A DNA stretch of 64,000 nucleotides, taken from NCBI GenBank assembly GCA_963701965.1, contig OY969695.1, positions 1,280,001-1,344,000 on the forward strand. The letters are read 5' to 3'. The position numbers were made by a program, and so were the translations under genes. The stretch is from an uncultured Gemmatimonadales bacterium (GTDB lineage Bacteria > Gemmatimonadota > Gemmatimonadetes > Gemmatimonadales > Gemmatimonadaceae). The notes below the pieces were generated by a model. It saw only the letters and a program-made list of their open reading frames with translations. It was not told where the DNA came from and did not search any database. Shown piece by piece: positions 26,820 to 36,457 of this stretch (position 1 is its first letter; every line of letters starts with the position of its first letter).

Positions 26820-28439
26820 TCAGCCGACCGCCGGGAGCTCGACGATGAATATCGCGCCGCCGCTCTGGCCGCCTTCCACCAGCGCGCGTCCCCCGTGTTG
26901 CTCGGCGATCTCGCGCACGATCGTGAGTCCCATGCCGCTGCCGCCCACGCCATGCCGCACGGCGCCGGCGCCGCGCCGGAACGGCTGCCAGATCAGCTCG
27001 CGTTCGGCCGCGGGCACGCCCGGCCCCTCGTCGCTGACCGAGACGCGAATCGTCGCGCCATTGGACACACCCACGCGAATGGTTTGACTCGGCGGTCCGT
27101 ACTTGACGGCGTTGTCCAGCAGGTTGAGCACGAGCTGGCGCAACGCGTCGCGATCGAGCATGGCGATGGGTTGGGCCGCGATATCGGTGGCGATGGTCGC
27201 GCGGCGCCCGGCCGCCAGCGGACGGAATTCGTCGACGATCCGGACCGTCTCGGCCGCCACGTCCGTCGCGTGCCGCGCCGACCCAGCCTCCGTCCGCCCC
27301 CGCCGCGAGAATCGCAAAACGTTCTCGGCCAGGAATGCCAGCCGCCGCGCCTCGCGGTCCACGCGATCGAACGCCGCCAGACGTTGGGCGTCGCTGGCGT
27401 ATCGCCCGAGGCGGATGGTGTCGAGATCCAGCCGCATTTGCGCCAGAGGCGTGCGCAACTCGTGCGAGACGTTGGCGACGAAATCGGCCCGCAGCTGTCC
27501 CAACTCCCCTTCCCGGCGAATCTGGGCCACGGCGACCACCGCGAGCGCGGCGGCGACCGTGATGAGCGAGAGGAGCAACGGCAGATGGGAGCGCGGCAGG
27601 CCGCCGATCACGAGCTGACTCGCGATCTCGGGCTTGATCCCCGCCCAGACCGCGATGCCCCCGTAACTGGCAGGCATCCGCGCCGCCGCGGCGATCGCCG
27701 GCCGCGTGCCTGGTTCCGACGCGAACAATACCGCGTCGCTCGCGTCCCGGATCTGCGCGTGCAGCAGCTCGCGGTTGGCATGCCGCCGCGTGAAAGTCGA
27801 CGGGAGGAGGTCGGACGCGTCGAGCACGCCCCCGACGAAGGCCGCCAGCGTCTCCGGCCGATACTCGGCGCCATAGACGATCGTGTCGCCCCACACCGTC
27901 GGCATCAGCACATAGGAAAAATCGCGCGCCTGACCGTCATGACGCGCGATGATGTACGTGAATCCCCAGTCCGACTGGTACTCGCTGTGCACTTGGCGGC
28001 GGATCGTGTCGGTGAGCCACGCGCGGTCGGCCCGGAGATAGTCGCCGGTGGCCTGGTTGTAGGGCGCGACCGCCACCGTGTCGGCCGCGATGTTGAACCC
28101 GAAGAACGCGATCGGGTCCGGTCCGCTTCGCAACCGATGGCAGAGACACGCCTGGTCATACGGCAGGTACCGTACGAGGTCCGACACATCGGGAATCTGC
28201 GGATTCACGTGCCGCACCGCTCCGTGATACACGGGGCCCAGCGCTTCCTGCGCCGCCGCCGCCATCGCCTCGCGCAGGTGCTGGCGATAACTCCAGGCGG
28301 CGAAATTCGCATAATCGCCCAACGCCCTGGATGCCACCCGCTGCTGCGACCGCACGGCCGCCAGCGCGTCGATGACGGCAACGGCGGCCAGCCCGGAGCT
28401 GACCAGGAGCAGGGCGAGCGGCCAGCGGGAATGTCGCAC
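26820..28439 (-). CDS. Membrane sensor histidine kinase
   Basis: Two TMs around a large periplasmic domain; VSHELRTPL, NLLDNAVKY, DEGPGV, GSGMGL. Confidence 0.93.
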   Translation of the reverse strand: MRHSRWPLALLLVSSGLAAVAVIDALAAVRSQQRVASRALGDYANFAAWSYRQHLREAMAAAAQEALGPVYHGAVRHVNPQIPDVSDLVRYLPYDQACLCHRLRSGPDPIAFFGFNIAADTVAVAPYNQATGDYLRADRAWLTDTIRRQVHSEYQSDWGFTYIIARHDGQARDFSYVLMPTVWGDTIVYGAEYRPETLAAFVGGVLDASDLLPSTFTRRHANRELLHAQIRDASDAVLFASEPGTRPAIAAAARMPASYGGIAVWAGIKPEIASQLVIGGLPRSHLPLLLSLITVAAALAVVAVAQIRREGELGQLRADFVANVSHELRTPLAQMRLDLDTIRLGRYASDAQRLAAFDRVDREARRLAFLAENVLRFSRRGRTEAGSARHATDVAAETVRIVDEFRPLAAGRRATIATDIAAQPIAMLDRDALRQLVLNLLDNAVKYGPPSQTIRVGVSNGATIRVSVSDEGPGVPAAERELIWQPFRRGAGAVRHGVGGSGMGLTIVREIAEQHGGRALVEGGQSGGAIFIVELPAVG

Positions 28440-28483
28440 TCCTTACCATGATTCTGTCACGCCCGCGATGCAACGGTACGGTC

Positions 28484-28500
28484 TGTGAAGAAAGTGTGGA
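28484..28500 (-). promoter_or_regulatory. Putative OmpR-family tandem direct-repeat box upstream of the HK-RR operon
   Basis: + strand TGTGAAGAAAGTGTGGA, 11-bp period. Confidence 0.45.
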
Positions 28501-28543
28501 GATGCCGCTGTTACCGTTGCCTCCAACCGGTTAACCTGGGTCG

Positions 28544-29935
28544 ATGCTGTTCGACAGCGCCATCTACCTCGTTTTCCTGGCTCTCGTCGTCCTCGTCTAC
28601 TGGCGATTGTCCCACGGAGCGCAGAACCGGTTCCTCCTGGCCGCCAGCTATTTCTTTTACGGATGGTGGGACTGGCGTTTCCTGTTGCTCATGATCGCGT
28701 CGACGGCGATCGACTATCGCGTCGGCCGCGCCATCGCATCGAGCCAGGACCCGCGCCACCGGCGCACGCTGCTCGTCCTGTCGCTGATTCTCAATTTCAC
28801 CATCCTCGGGTACTTCAAGTACTGCAATTTCTTCATCGACTCGTTCGTCCGGCTCGCCGGCCTGTTGGGCGCGCACCAGATCACGCACGGCCTGCTCAAC
28901 ATCATTCTGCCGCCCGCGATCTCGTTCTACACCTTCCAGGAAGTGGCCTACATTGTCGACGTCTATTTCGGCCGCGTCGCCGCCGCCGAATCGTTCGTCG
29001 AGTATGGCCTGTTCATCTCGTTCTTCCCGCATCTCATTGCCGGGCCTATCCAACGCCCCTCGCATCTCCTGCCCCAGGTACAACGGCCGCGCTCGCTCGA
29101 CCTGCAGCGGTTCTACGACGGATTCATGCTGATTCTTTCCGGGCTTTTCCGGAAATGCGTGATCGCCGACAGTTGCGCGCTCCTGGCCAACGCGGCGTTC
29201 GGCGGGCGGATGGGTTCCAGCGGATGGGTGACGTTGATCGGCGTGTACGCTTTCGCCTGGCAGATCTACGGGGATTTCAGCGGATATAGCGACATTGCGC
29301 GCGGCAGCGCGCAGCTGATGGGATTTCACTTCATGGTGAACTTCCGCCAGCCGTATCTCGCCGGGAGCCTGCAGGACTTCTGGCGGCGGTGGCACATCAG
29401 TCTCTCCACGTGGCTCCGCGACTACCTGTACATCCCGCTGGGCGGCAGTCGCCATGGCGAGGCCAAGACGTACCGGAACCTCTTCACGACCATGCTGCTC
29501 GGGGGGTTGTGGCACGGGGCGAACTGGACATTTGTGTTCTGGGGCGCGGTACACGGCGTGGTGCTGGCCATCGAGCGTGCGCTGGGACTGGCCGAGCGCG
29601 TGCTGCCGGTCTGGTGGCGGCGGATCCTGATTTTTCAGATCGTGTGCTTCGCGTGGATCTTCTTCCGGGCGCCGTCGTTCGGTGACGCCGCGGCAATGTT
29701 GGGGAATCTGGCGCACTGGTCGTGGCGCCCGACGTACGCCTCGGCGCTGGCCTACCTGGCCGTGTTCACCCTGCCCCTGTTCGCCATGGATCTGCGGCTG
29801 GAGAACGCCGACGAGGAGTACGTGTTTCAGCGCGCGAACTTCCGGTGGCAAGTGGCCGCGGCGGGCGCCGCCATCATGGCCGTCGCGTTCCTGGCCGACG
29901 CGCAGTCGAACGTCTTCATCTACTTTCAGTTCTGA
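28544..29935 (+). CDS. MBOAT O-acyltransferase (AlgI/PatA/DltB-like)
   Basis: ISFYTFQ, FFPHLIAGPI, QIYGDFSGYSDIA, FWRRWHISLSTWLRDYLYIPLGG, GLWHGA, FIYFQF. Confidence 0.95.
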   Translation: MLFDSAIYLVFLALVVLVYWRLSHGAQNRFLLAASYFFYGWWDWRFLLLMIASTAIDYRVGRAIASSQDPRHRRTLLVLSLILNFTILGYFKYCNFFIDSFVRLAGLLGAHQITHGLLNIILPPAISFYTFQEVAYIVDVYFGRVAAAESFVEYGLFISFFPHLIAGPIQRPSHLLPQVQRPRSLDLQRFYDGFMLILSGLFRKCVIADSCALLANAAFGGRMGSSGWVTLIGVYAFAWQIYGDFSGYSDIARGSAQLMGFHFMVNFRQPYLAGSLQDFWRRWHISLSTWLRDYLYIPLGGSRHGEAKTYRNLFTTMLLGGLWHGANWTFVFWGAVHGVVLAIERALGLAERVLPVWWRRILIFQIVCFAWIFFRAPSFGDAAAMLGNLAHWSWRPTYASALAYLAVFTLPLFAMDLRLENADEEYVFQRANFRWQVAAAGAAIMAVAFLADAQSNVFIYFQF

Positions 29936-29937
29936 CC

Positions 29938-30864
29938 GTGAAGAACAAGATCCTGATCGTCCTCGGACTGTGCGCGGCGCTGCTGGTCGTCTGCGAGATC
30001 AGCGCGTCCTGGATGTTCGCGCACCTGCGCTCGAATCTGAGCGTACGCGGCGAGATCCGGACGGCCGAAGCGCTGCGCTCGACCCCGGGCGGCCCGCGGC
30101 CGGTGCTCGTCGTCGGCAACTCCCTCGTCTTGCACGGCATCGACGTGGCCGCTGTCGAGCAGGGATTGGGTCCGGGGTATGAGACGACGAAAGTCGCGAT
30201 CGTGGACTCGGGCTACGAGGACTGGCTCTACGGCGTCATGTCGCTGTTGGATCGCGGGAGCCGCCCCGATGCCGTGGTGCTGGGCATCAGTCCGGCGCAG
30301 CTGGTGACCGACCGGCCGCCGACCGGCACGACGGCCCGCTTTCTGTGGACGGTCCCCAATCTCACCCGCTACGCGATCGACGCGCGGCCGGGCTTGACCG
30401 CGGCCACAGATCTCCTGTTCGAGCACGTGTCGCAGTTTTTCGCGCTCCGCAACCAGGTGCGACAGGACTCGCGGCGACTCTTGGTGCCAGGGTATGTCGA
30501 GATGTCGCGCGACTTTTTCGTCCGGGCACCGATCGCGCCCGACGTCCACGTCGACGCACCGATCGCCGAAGCGCGCCTCCGCGCCCTGTCCGCGGCCTGC
30601 GCGGCGCGCGGGGTGCGTTTTGTCTATCTCCTCATTCCCACGCACGCGCCTGACGACGCGGATCTCGAGGCGACGCTGGAGGATGCGGGGCAGCGCGCGG
30701 GAGTCCCCGTGCTAGTGCCCCTCTCCAACCACGGTCTCGACCCCGCGTGGCTGCTCGATGGTTATCACTTGAATGTCGCCGGCGCGTCAGCGTTCAGCGC
30801 CCGCGCGGGGCAGGCCCTGCGGGCGCTGCTGGCGCCGGGAACCATGGTCGGGTTCGGCCGCTAG
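29938..30864 (+). CDS. Membrane-anchored SGNH-like acyltransferase/esterase, partner of the MBOAT
   Basis: N-terminal TM, VVGNSL (block I Ser), DGYHLN (DxxH); starts 2 nt after the MBOAT stop. Confidence 0.72.
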   Translation: MKNKILIVLGLCAALLVVCEISASWMFAHLRSNLSVRGEIRTAEALRSTPGGPRPVLVVGNSLVLHGIDVAAVEQGLGPGYETTKVAIVDSGYEDWLYGVMSLLDRGSRPDAVVLGISPAQLVTDRPPTGTTARFLWTVPNLTRYAIDARPGLTAATDLLFEHVSQFFALRNQVRQDSRRLLVPGYVEMSRDFFVRAPIAPDVHVDAPIAEARLRALSAACAARGVRFVYLLIPTHAPDDADLEATLEDAGQRAGVPVLVPLSNHGLDPAWLLDGYHLNVAGASAFSARAGQALRALLAPGTMVGFGR

Positions 30865-30884
30865 CAGCGCCCACCCCGACCCAC

Positions 30885-31298
30885 TCAATCCGGATCGTAC
30901 TGGGAACGGCCCGGTAGAGGCTGGTTCTCGGTCTCGCTGTCGTACTCGTCGTCGAGGTCGACGATGTCGCCATCGTCGTCGTCCAGCTCGTCGAGGAGAT
31001 CTTCCTCGTCGACGTCTTTGTCCTCCTCGTCGTCGTCGAGATCCTCGTCGTCCTCTTCGTCTTCGTCCTCGTCGTCCTCGTCTTCTTCGTCGTCGTCGTC
31101 GAGGTCCTCGTCATCGAGGTCCTCGTCGTCATCAAAGTCGAGGTCGTCGTCCACATCCTCGTCGTCCAGATCCTCGTCGAGATCTTCGGGCTCGTCCTCC
31201 GGGTCGTCATCATCGGCGCCCCGTCGTTTCGCGCTGAGGTGACCGCTCAGCCCCATCCCCCACTCGTCGGGATCAGACGCACTATGCGCGTGCGCCAT
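30885..31298 (-). CDS. Extremely acidic (Asp/Glu-rich) low-complexity protein
   Basis: GAC/GAG-rich ORF with GGAG SD before ATG 31298; central ~90 residues almost all D/E/L. Confidence 0.7.
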   Translation of the reverse strand: MAHAHSASDPDEWGMGLSGHLSAKRRGADDDDPEDEPEDLDEDLDDEDVDDDLDFDDDEDLDDEDLDDDDEEDEDDEDEDEEDDEDLDDDEEDKDVDEEDLLDELDDDDGDIVDLDDEYDSETENQPLPGRSQYDPD

Positions 31299-31350
31299 GC
31301 CACGGCTCTCCGTCACAGAAAAGGTCAGTGCAAGTAGATGGTTGGACTGC

Positions 31351-33186
31351 CTACAGGGAAGCACGCTCCCGCTTCGCATCCCGCGACAACTTCTTTCGAT
31401 CGTTCGCGCTCAAGAACCGCTTCCGGAGTCGGATCGCCTGGGGGGTCACCTCGATCAGCTCGTCATCCTCGATATACTCCAACGCGCCCTCCAGCGTCAA
31501 CTCCCGTGGAGGTTCCAGTTGAACGTTCTCATCACTGGCTTTGCTGCGCATGTTGGTGAGCTTTTTCTCCTTCGTCGGATTCACATCCATGTCGCCGGGC
31601 CGGGAGCTCTCGCCTACAATCATCCCTTCGTACACCGGTGTACCCGGAGCCACGAACAAGGTCCCCCGTTCCGCCAGATTTGCCAATGCGAACGCGACGA
31701 CCGTGCCACCCTCCATGGAAATCAACGTTCCCCGTGACCGGCCGGCCAGCGGCCCGGCCCATGGCCCGTATTCGAGGAAGCGGTGGTGGATGATCCCGGT
31801 TCCACGCGTGTCCGTCAGGAACTCGGAGCGATACCCGAACAGGCCGCGGGCGGGGATGCGGTAGAGGAGCCGGACCAGCCCCTGCCCCGGGTTTTTCATC
31901 TCCAGCATCTCGCCGCGCCGGGGGCCCAGCTTCTCGATCACCGCGCCCAGGTGTTCCTCGGGAACGTCGATCGATAGCTCTTCGTACGGCTCCAGGCGTT
32001 CCCCGTCCAATCCGATCCGCGTGATCACGCGCGGGCGGGAGACCTGAAACTCGTATCCCTCCCGGCGCATCGTCTCCATCAAGATCGACAGGTGCAGCTC
32101 GCCCCGCCCCGACACCGTCCAGGTATCGGTCGCATCCGTGTCCTGCACGCGCAGCGCGACATTCCGTTCCAGCTCGCGATACAGTCGCTCGCGCACCTGG
32201 CGCGACGTCACGAACTTGCCGTCCCGTCCCGCGAACGGCGAGTTGTTGACGAGAAAGTCGACGGAGATGGTCGGCTCTTCGACCGCGATGCCGGCCAAAC
32301 GTTCCTGCGTCTCGACATCGGTCACCGTGAGACCGATCTCGACCCCCTCCAAGCCCGCCAGCGCCACCAAGTCTCCGGCCGGCGCAGACGGCACCTCGAC
32401 CCGCTCCAATCCCTCGAACAGAAACAACTTCGTCACACGCGCCTGCACGCTCGCCTGGGTGGGATCCAGCGGCAGCAGCGCGACCTGATCCCCGAGATGC
32501 ACCGTACCACGCTCGACCCGGCCGATCCCCAAGCGTCCGAGATACGGGGAATAATCGATCGTGGAAATCAGCATTTGGAACGGCCCGTCGGCGTCCTGCG
32601 GCGGCGCCGGCACGTGCTCGATGATCGCGTCGAACAAGGGCGCCAGGTCGACCGGGGGCACCGCGAGATCGAGCGTGGCGATCCCCTCACGGGCCGATGC
32701 GTAGACGACCGCGGCATCGAGCTGCGCCTCGTCGGCCTCCAACTCAATGAAGAGGTCGAGCACTTCGTCGTGCACGCGCATCGGATCGGCGCCCGGGCGA
32801 TCGATCTTGTTGATGACGACGATGGGGACCCGACCCAACGCCAGGGCCTTGCGCAGCACGAACCGGGTTTGCGGCATGGGTCCGTCAAACGCGTCGACGA
32901 CCAACAACACGCCATTCACCATGCGCAGAATCCGCTCGACCTCACCGCCGAAATCGGCGTGCCCCGGCGTGTCGACGATGTTGATCTTCGTCTCGCGCCA
33001 GTGGACCGACGTGTTCTTGGCGAGGATGGTGATGCCCCGCTCGCGCTCCAGCGGGTTGGAATCCATGACCCGCTCCTCGACCACTTGATTCTCGCGGAAC
33101 GCGCCGGCTTGCCGGAGCATCTTGTCCACGAGGGTCGTCTTACCGTGGTCGACGTGCGCGATGATGGCGATGTTGCGGATCTGCAT
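31351..33186 (-). CDS. typA: Translational GTPase TypA/BipA
   Basis: [43 protein letters not shown]. Confidence 0.98.
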   Translation of the reverse strand: MQIRNIAIIAHVDHGKTTLVDKMLRQAGAFRENQVVEERVMDSNPLERERGITILAKNTSVHWRETKINIVDTPGHADFGGEVERILRMVNGVLLVVDAFDGPMPQTRFVLRKALALGRVPIVVINKIDRPGADPMRVHDEVLDLFIELEADEAQLDAAVVYASAREGIATLDLAVPPVDLAPLFDAIIEHVPAPPQDADGPFQMLISTIDYSPYLGRLGIGRVERGTVHLGDQVALLPLDPTQASVQARVTKLFLFEGLERVEVPSAPAGDLVALAGLEGVEIGLTVTDVETQERLAGIAVEEPTISVDFLVNNSPFAGRDGKFVTSRQVRERLYRELERNVALRVQDTDATDTWTVSGRGELHLSILMETMRREGYEFQVSRPRVITRIGLDGERLEPYEELSIDVPEEHLGAVIEKLGPRRGEMLEMKNPGQGLVRLLYRIPARGLFGYRSEFLTDTRGTGIIHHRFLEYGPWAGPLAGRSRGTLISMEGGTVVAFALANLAERGTLFVAPGTPVYEGMIVGESSRPGDMDVNPTKEKKLTNMRSKASDENVQLEPPRELTLEGALEYIEDDELIEVTPQAIRLRKRFLSANDRKKLSRDAKRERASL

Positions 33187-33260
33187 AAGCCCACAAATAT
33201 ACCGGGCTCGGGCGGGCTCCTACAACGGCAAACGGTGTCGAAGTATCGAGTGGGTAACCG

Positions 33261-34865
33261 CTAGCGCTTCACCGTTGGCCGCCCGGACTTGCCCGGCGCC
33301 GGCGGACCGTCGGTTTTCTTGGGAGCGGGCTCTTCGCCATCGATGAACGACGCGTCGTGCCCCCGGGACCGGAGCAGGTTGGCGAACCCCGTCTTGTCCT
33401 GGGCCTTGATGTAGGCTTCCTTCGGCTCGACCAGATGCTGGTCGACGAGGTCGATCAGCGAGTCGTTCATCGTCGTCATGCCGAGCTTGCGCGACGTCTG
33501 CATGACCGAGGGGATCTGAAAGGTCTTCCCTTCGCGAATCAGGTTGGACACCGCGGGGATCGTCAGCAGGATCTCGCGCGCCGCCACGCGGCCGCCGCCG
33601 ATCTTGGGCAGCAGCACCTGGGCGATCACCCCGCGTAAGGATTCGGAGAGCATGATCCGGATCTGCTCCTGCCGGTCCGCGGGGAACTGGTCGATGACGC
33701 GATCAATCGTGCTGGGCGCCGTCGTGGTGTGCAGCGTCCCGAATACCAAGTGGCCGGTCTCGGCCGTCTCGATAGCGATCGAAACGGTCTCCAGGTCGCG
33801 CAGCTCGCCGACCAGCACGATATCGGGGTCCTCGCGCAGCGCGGCCCGGAGGGCGCTCCGAAACGAGTTCGTGTGGACACCCACCTGCCGCTGCGTGATC
33901 AAGCACTTCTTGTTGCGGTGCACGAACTCGATCGGGTCCTCGATCGTGATCACGTGGTCGTTGCGCATCCGGTTGACGAGGTCGACCAGCGCGCACAGCG
34001 TCGTGGACTTGCCGGACCCGGTCGGGCCGGTGACCAGTACCAGCCCCTTGCTCAGATAGCAGAGATTCTGCACTTCCTGCGAGATGCCGAGTTGCTCGAC
34101 GGTCACGACATCGGCCGGAATGACACGAAAGACGCCCGCGGCGCCTTTGCGCTCGCGCAGGGCGTTGCACCGGAACCGGGCGACGTTCTCGATCTCGTAG
34201 GCGTAGTCGGCGTCGTTCTTGTCGGCGAACTCCTGGCGCGTGCGGGGCGGCATGATGGCCTTGAGCATCAGCTCGAGGGACCCGTTGTCCAGCTCGGGAT
34301 AGCCTTCGAGGCGGATCATCTGGCCGTCGACGCGGATGAGCGGCGGCTCGCCACACCGGAGGTGCAGGTCGGAAGCGCCGCGTTCCACGAGCATGGCCAG
34401 CAGCTTGTCCATGTCGGCAAGGGCCGCGGCGGCCCGCTCCTCTTCGGTCTGGGCGTGGCCGAGCTGCTGGTCGATCACGAGACCGCCGGACAGCCGGGGC
34501 TCGGGCAGATCCTCGCTGGCCTGGGCGGTCTCGGATTCGTGCGCGCCGTTGCCGTTTTCTTCGTCGGCGTGTTGCACGATCGAGGCATGCCAGCGCCCGC
34601 CGGTCAGGGCGGTCTTGACGAAGAAGTCGCCGTCGCTGTTGGCGTAGCGGAACGAGGCCGGGGTCCCGCTGTCGAGCTGCTTGGCCGAGGGGGGCGGCGC
34701 GATCTCTTTGAGGAGCATCAGGAGCTGCGCGGCCGACAGGGGCTGCCGGGTGATCGGGCGCGGGTTGCCCTCCTTCTGGAGGGTGGCGACGTCGCCCTCG
34801 ATCAGGAGGATCGAGTCCGCATGGTTGCCCACCATGACGGACAGGAAGCGATCGAGTTGGGCCAT
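33261..34865 (-). CDS. pilT: PilT/PilU-family type IV pilus retraction ATPase with an extra N-terminal domain
   Basis: ASDLHL, GPTGSGKST, TIEDPIE, ALREDPD, GELRD, GTLHT, VSNLIREGK. Confidence 0.9.
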   Translation of the reverse strand: MAQLDRFLSVMVGNHADSILLIEGDVATLQKEGNPRPITRQPLSAAQLLMLLKEIAPPPSAKQLDSGTPASFRYANSDGDFFVKTALTGGRWHASIVQHADEENGNGAHESETAQASEDLPEPRLSGGLVIDQQLGHAQTEEERAAAALADMDKLLAMLVERGASDLHLRCGEPPLIRVDGQMIRLEGYPELDNGSLELMLKAIMPPRTRQEFADKNDADYAYEIENVARFRCNALRERKGAAGVFRVIPADVVTVEQLGISQEVQNLCYLSKGLVLVTGPTGSGKSTTLCALVDLVNRMRNDHVITIEDPIEFVHRNKKCLITQRQVGVHTNSFRSALRAALREDPDIVLVGELRDLETVSIAIETAETGHLVFGTLHTTTAPSTIDRVIDQFPADRQEQIRIMLSESLRGVIAQVLLPKIGGGRVAAREILLTIPAVSNLIREGKTFQIPSVMQTSRKLGMTTMNDSLIDLVDQHLVEPKEAYIKAQDKTGFANLLRSRGHDASFIDGEEPAPKKTDGPPAPGKSGRPTVKR

Positions 34866-34866
34866 C

Positions 34867-35331
34867 TCAGTCGGCGGCCGGCCGAACGTGTTCGATGAGC
34901 GTTCGATTGATCAGGCAGACGCCGCCCGCCGCGTAGAGGACGACGAACCGCTGGGCGTAGCGGTTCAGGAAATCGAGGAGGCGGGGGCGCTGCGCCGGCA
35001 TCTCCAAATACACCTCGCCCGTGCGGGTCGCGCCATCGGTCAGCGTGACTTCCACGGCCACCCGCTGGGCGCCCGTTTCGGCGTAGGCCTTCTCGAAATC
35101 GCCGCGCACGACCACTTCGCGGACCTGATCCTTCGCCACCAACAGCGTCCCGCCTTCCTGGGCCAAAGGAAAGAACGCCTCTTCCCCATTCAACACGTCT
35201 GGAATCTCTTCGCGACCGACGCGGTTTGGGGACAAAGTCTGGACGAACATGGATCCGTTCAACTCCTCGCCCCCGAGCATGGTGAGAGACACGGGAACGC
35301 GGAGTTTGTCGATGCGGAAGTCAGTCGTCAT
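34867..35331 (-). CDS. Hypothetical protein with internal two-fold repeat, coupled to pilT
   Basis: VSLTMLGGEELNGSMFV and VEVTLTDGATRTGEVYL repeats; 1 nt gap to pilT. Confidence 0.7.
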   Translation of the reverse strand: MTTDFRIDKLRVPVSLTMLGGEELNGSMFVQTLSPNRVGREEIPDVLNGEEAFFPLAQEGGTLLVAKDQVREVVVRGDFEKAYAETGAQRVAVEVTLTDGATRTGEVYLEMPAQRPRLLDFLNRYAQRFVVLYAAGGVCLINRTLIEHVRPAAD

Positions 35332-35425
35332 GTGGACGGAACGGTCGCGCCGTATCTGGCAAATGACGCCCCAGGACCGGCTTGGTCACTGCCCGCCCGG
35401 TCTGGTGCCACAGTCCCGCCAGTCG

Positions 35426-36412
35426 TCAGGCGTGCACATGCGATTCCCGCTCCGCCATCTCCCGGCTCTCGATCTGCACCGTCACGTGCTCGATGCCGAA
35501 CAGGCGCATCGCGTCGTGCACGTGCTCCAGCACATGCTGCTGGCGCGCCGGTTCGCGGACGAGCGCATGCGCACTCATGGCGATGACGCCAAATGTGACG
35601 GACCACACGTGGAGGTCATGGACCGACTCGACGCCCGGAATGGCGACGAGTTGGGCGCGCACGGCGCCGAGCGAGATGTGCGAGGGAGTGGACTCGAGCA
35701 GGATGTCCACGGATTCCCGGACAATGCGCCACGACCCGCGGACAATGAGGATGGTCATGACGATCGACGCGATCGGGTCGGCCTGCTGCCACCCGGTCGC
35801 CCGGATGATGATCGCCGCCGCGACCGCGCCAAGACTGCCCAGCAAGTCGCCGAGGACATGCAGGTACGCGCTGCGCATGTTGAGGCTCTCCTCCGCGCCT
35901 CCATGCAGCACGACGGCCGAGCCGAGGTTCGTGACCACACTCGCGGCCGCGACCACCAGCATGAGACCGCTCCCCACCACGGTCGGATGCCTGAGGCGCA
36001 CGACGGCCTCGGAGATGATCCAGGCCGAGACCACGAGCAGCGTCGCACCATTCAAGAACGCCGCCAAGATCTCCCAGCGCAGATACCCGTAGGTCTTTTC
36101 CGGTGTCTCCGGTTGTCGGCTGAACCAGGCGACGAACAACGACAACGACAGCGCCGCGACGTCGGTGAACATGTGCCCGGCGTCGGCGAGCAACGTGAGC
36201 GAGTGTGACAGCACGCCGCCCACGATCTCGGCGACCATGAACAACGCCGTGAGCAAGAGGGCAATACGCAGCCGCCGCGCGCCGGCGTCGCCGCCGCCGT
36301 GGAAATGCACATGCCCCGACCCGTGCACGTGGCCGTGGCCGTGATCGTGCCCATGATCGTGCGTGTGGCCGTGTCCCGCCGCGCCGGCGCCTTGCTGGCG
36401 CAGGTGCGTCAT
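35426..36412 (-). CDS. czcD: CDF metal (Zn/Co/Cd) efflux transporter with His-rich N-terminus
   Basis: LLADAGHMFTD, TYGYLRWEIL, AYLHVLGDLLGS, HDLHVW, HVTVQIE. Confidence 0.9.
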   Translation of the reverse strand: MTHLRQQGAGAAGHGHTHDHGHDHGHGHVHGSGHVHFHGGGDAGARRLRIALLLTALFMVAEIVGGVLSHSLTLLADAGHMFTDVAALSLSLFVAWFSRQPETPEKTYGYLRWEILAAFLNGATLLVVSAWIISEAVVRLRHPTVVGSGLMLVVAAASVVTNLGSAVVLHGGAEESLNMRSAYLHVLGDLLGSLGAVAAAIIIRATGWQQADPIASIVMTILIVRGSWRIVRESVDILLESTPSHISLGAVRAQLVAIPGVESVHDLHVWSVTFGVIAMSAHALVREPARQQHVLEHVHDAMRLFGIEHVTVQIESREMAERESHVHA

Positions 36413-36457
36413 GCGCACCCCTGGCTTCGCCCGCCAGATGGGCCATACCTTGCCATC

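Noticed and set aside
30940..31215. TCG/TCC-rich repeat as a microsatellite, CRISPR array or poly-Ser ORF
   Set aside because: It is the antisense of Asp/Glu codons in the acidic ORF; there is no repeat-spacer structure.
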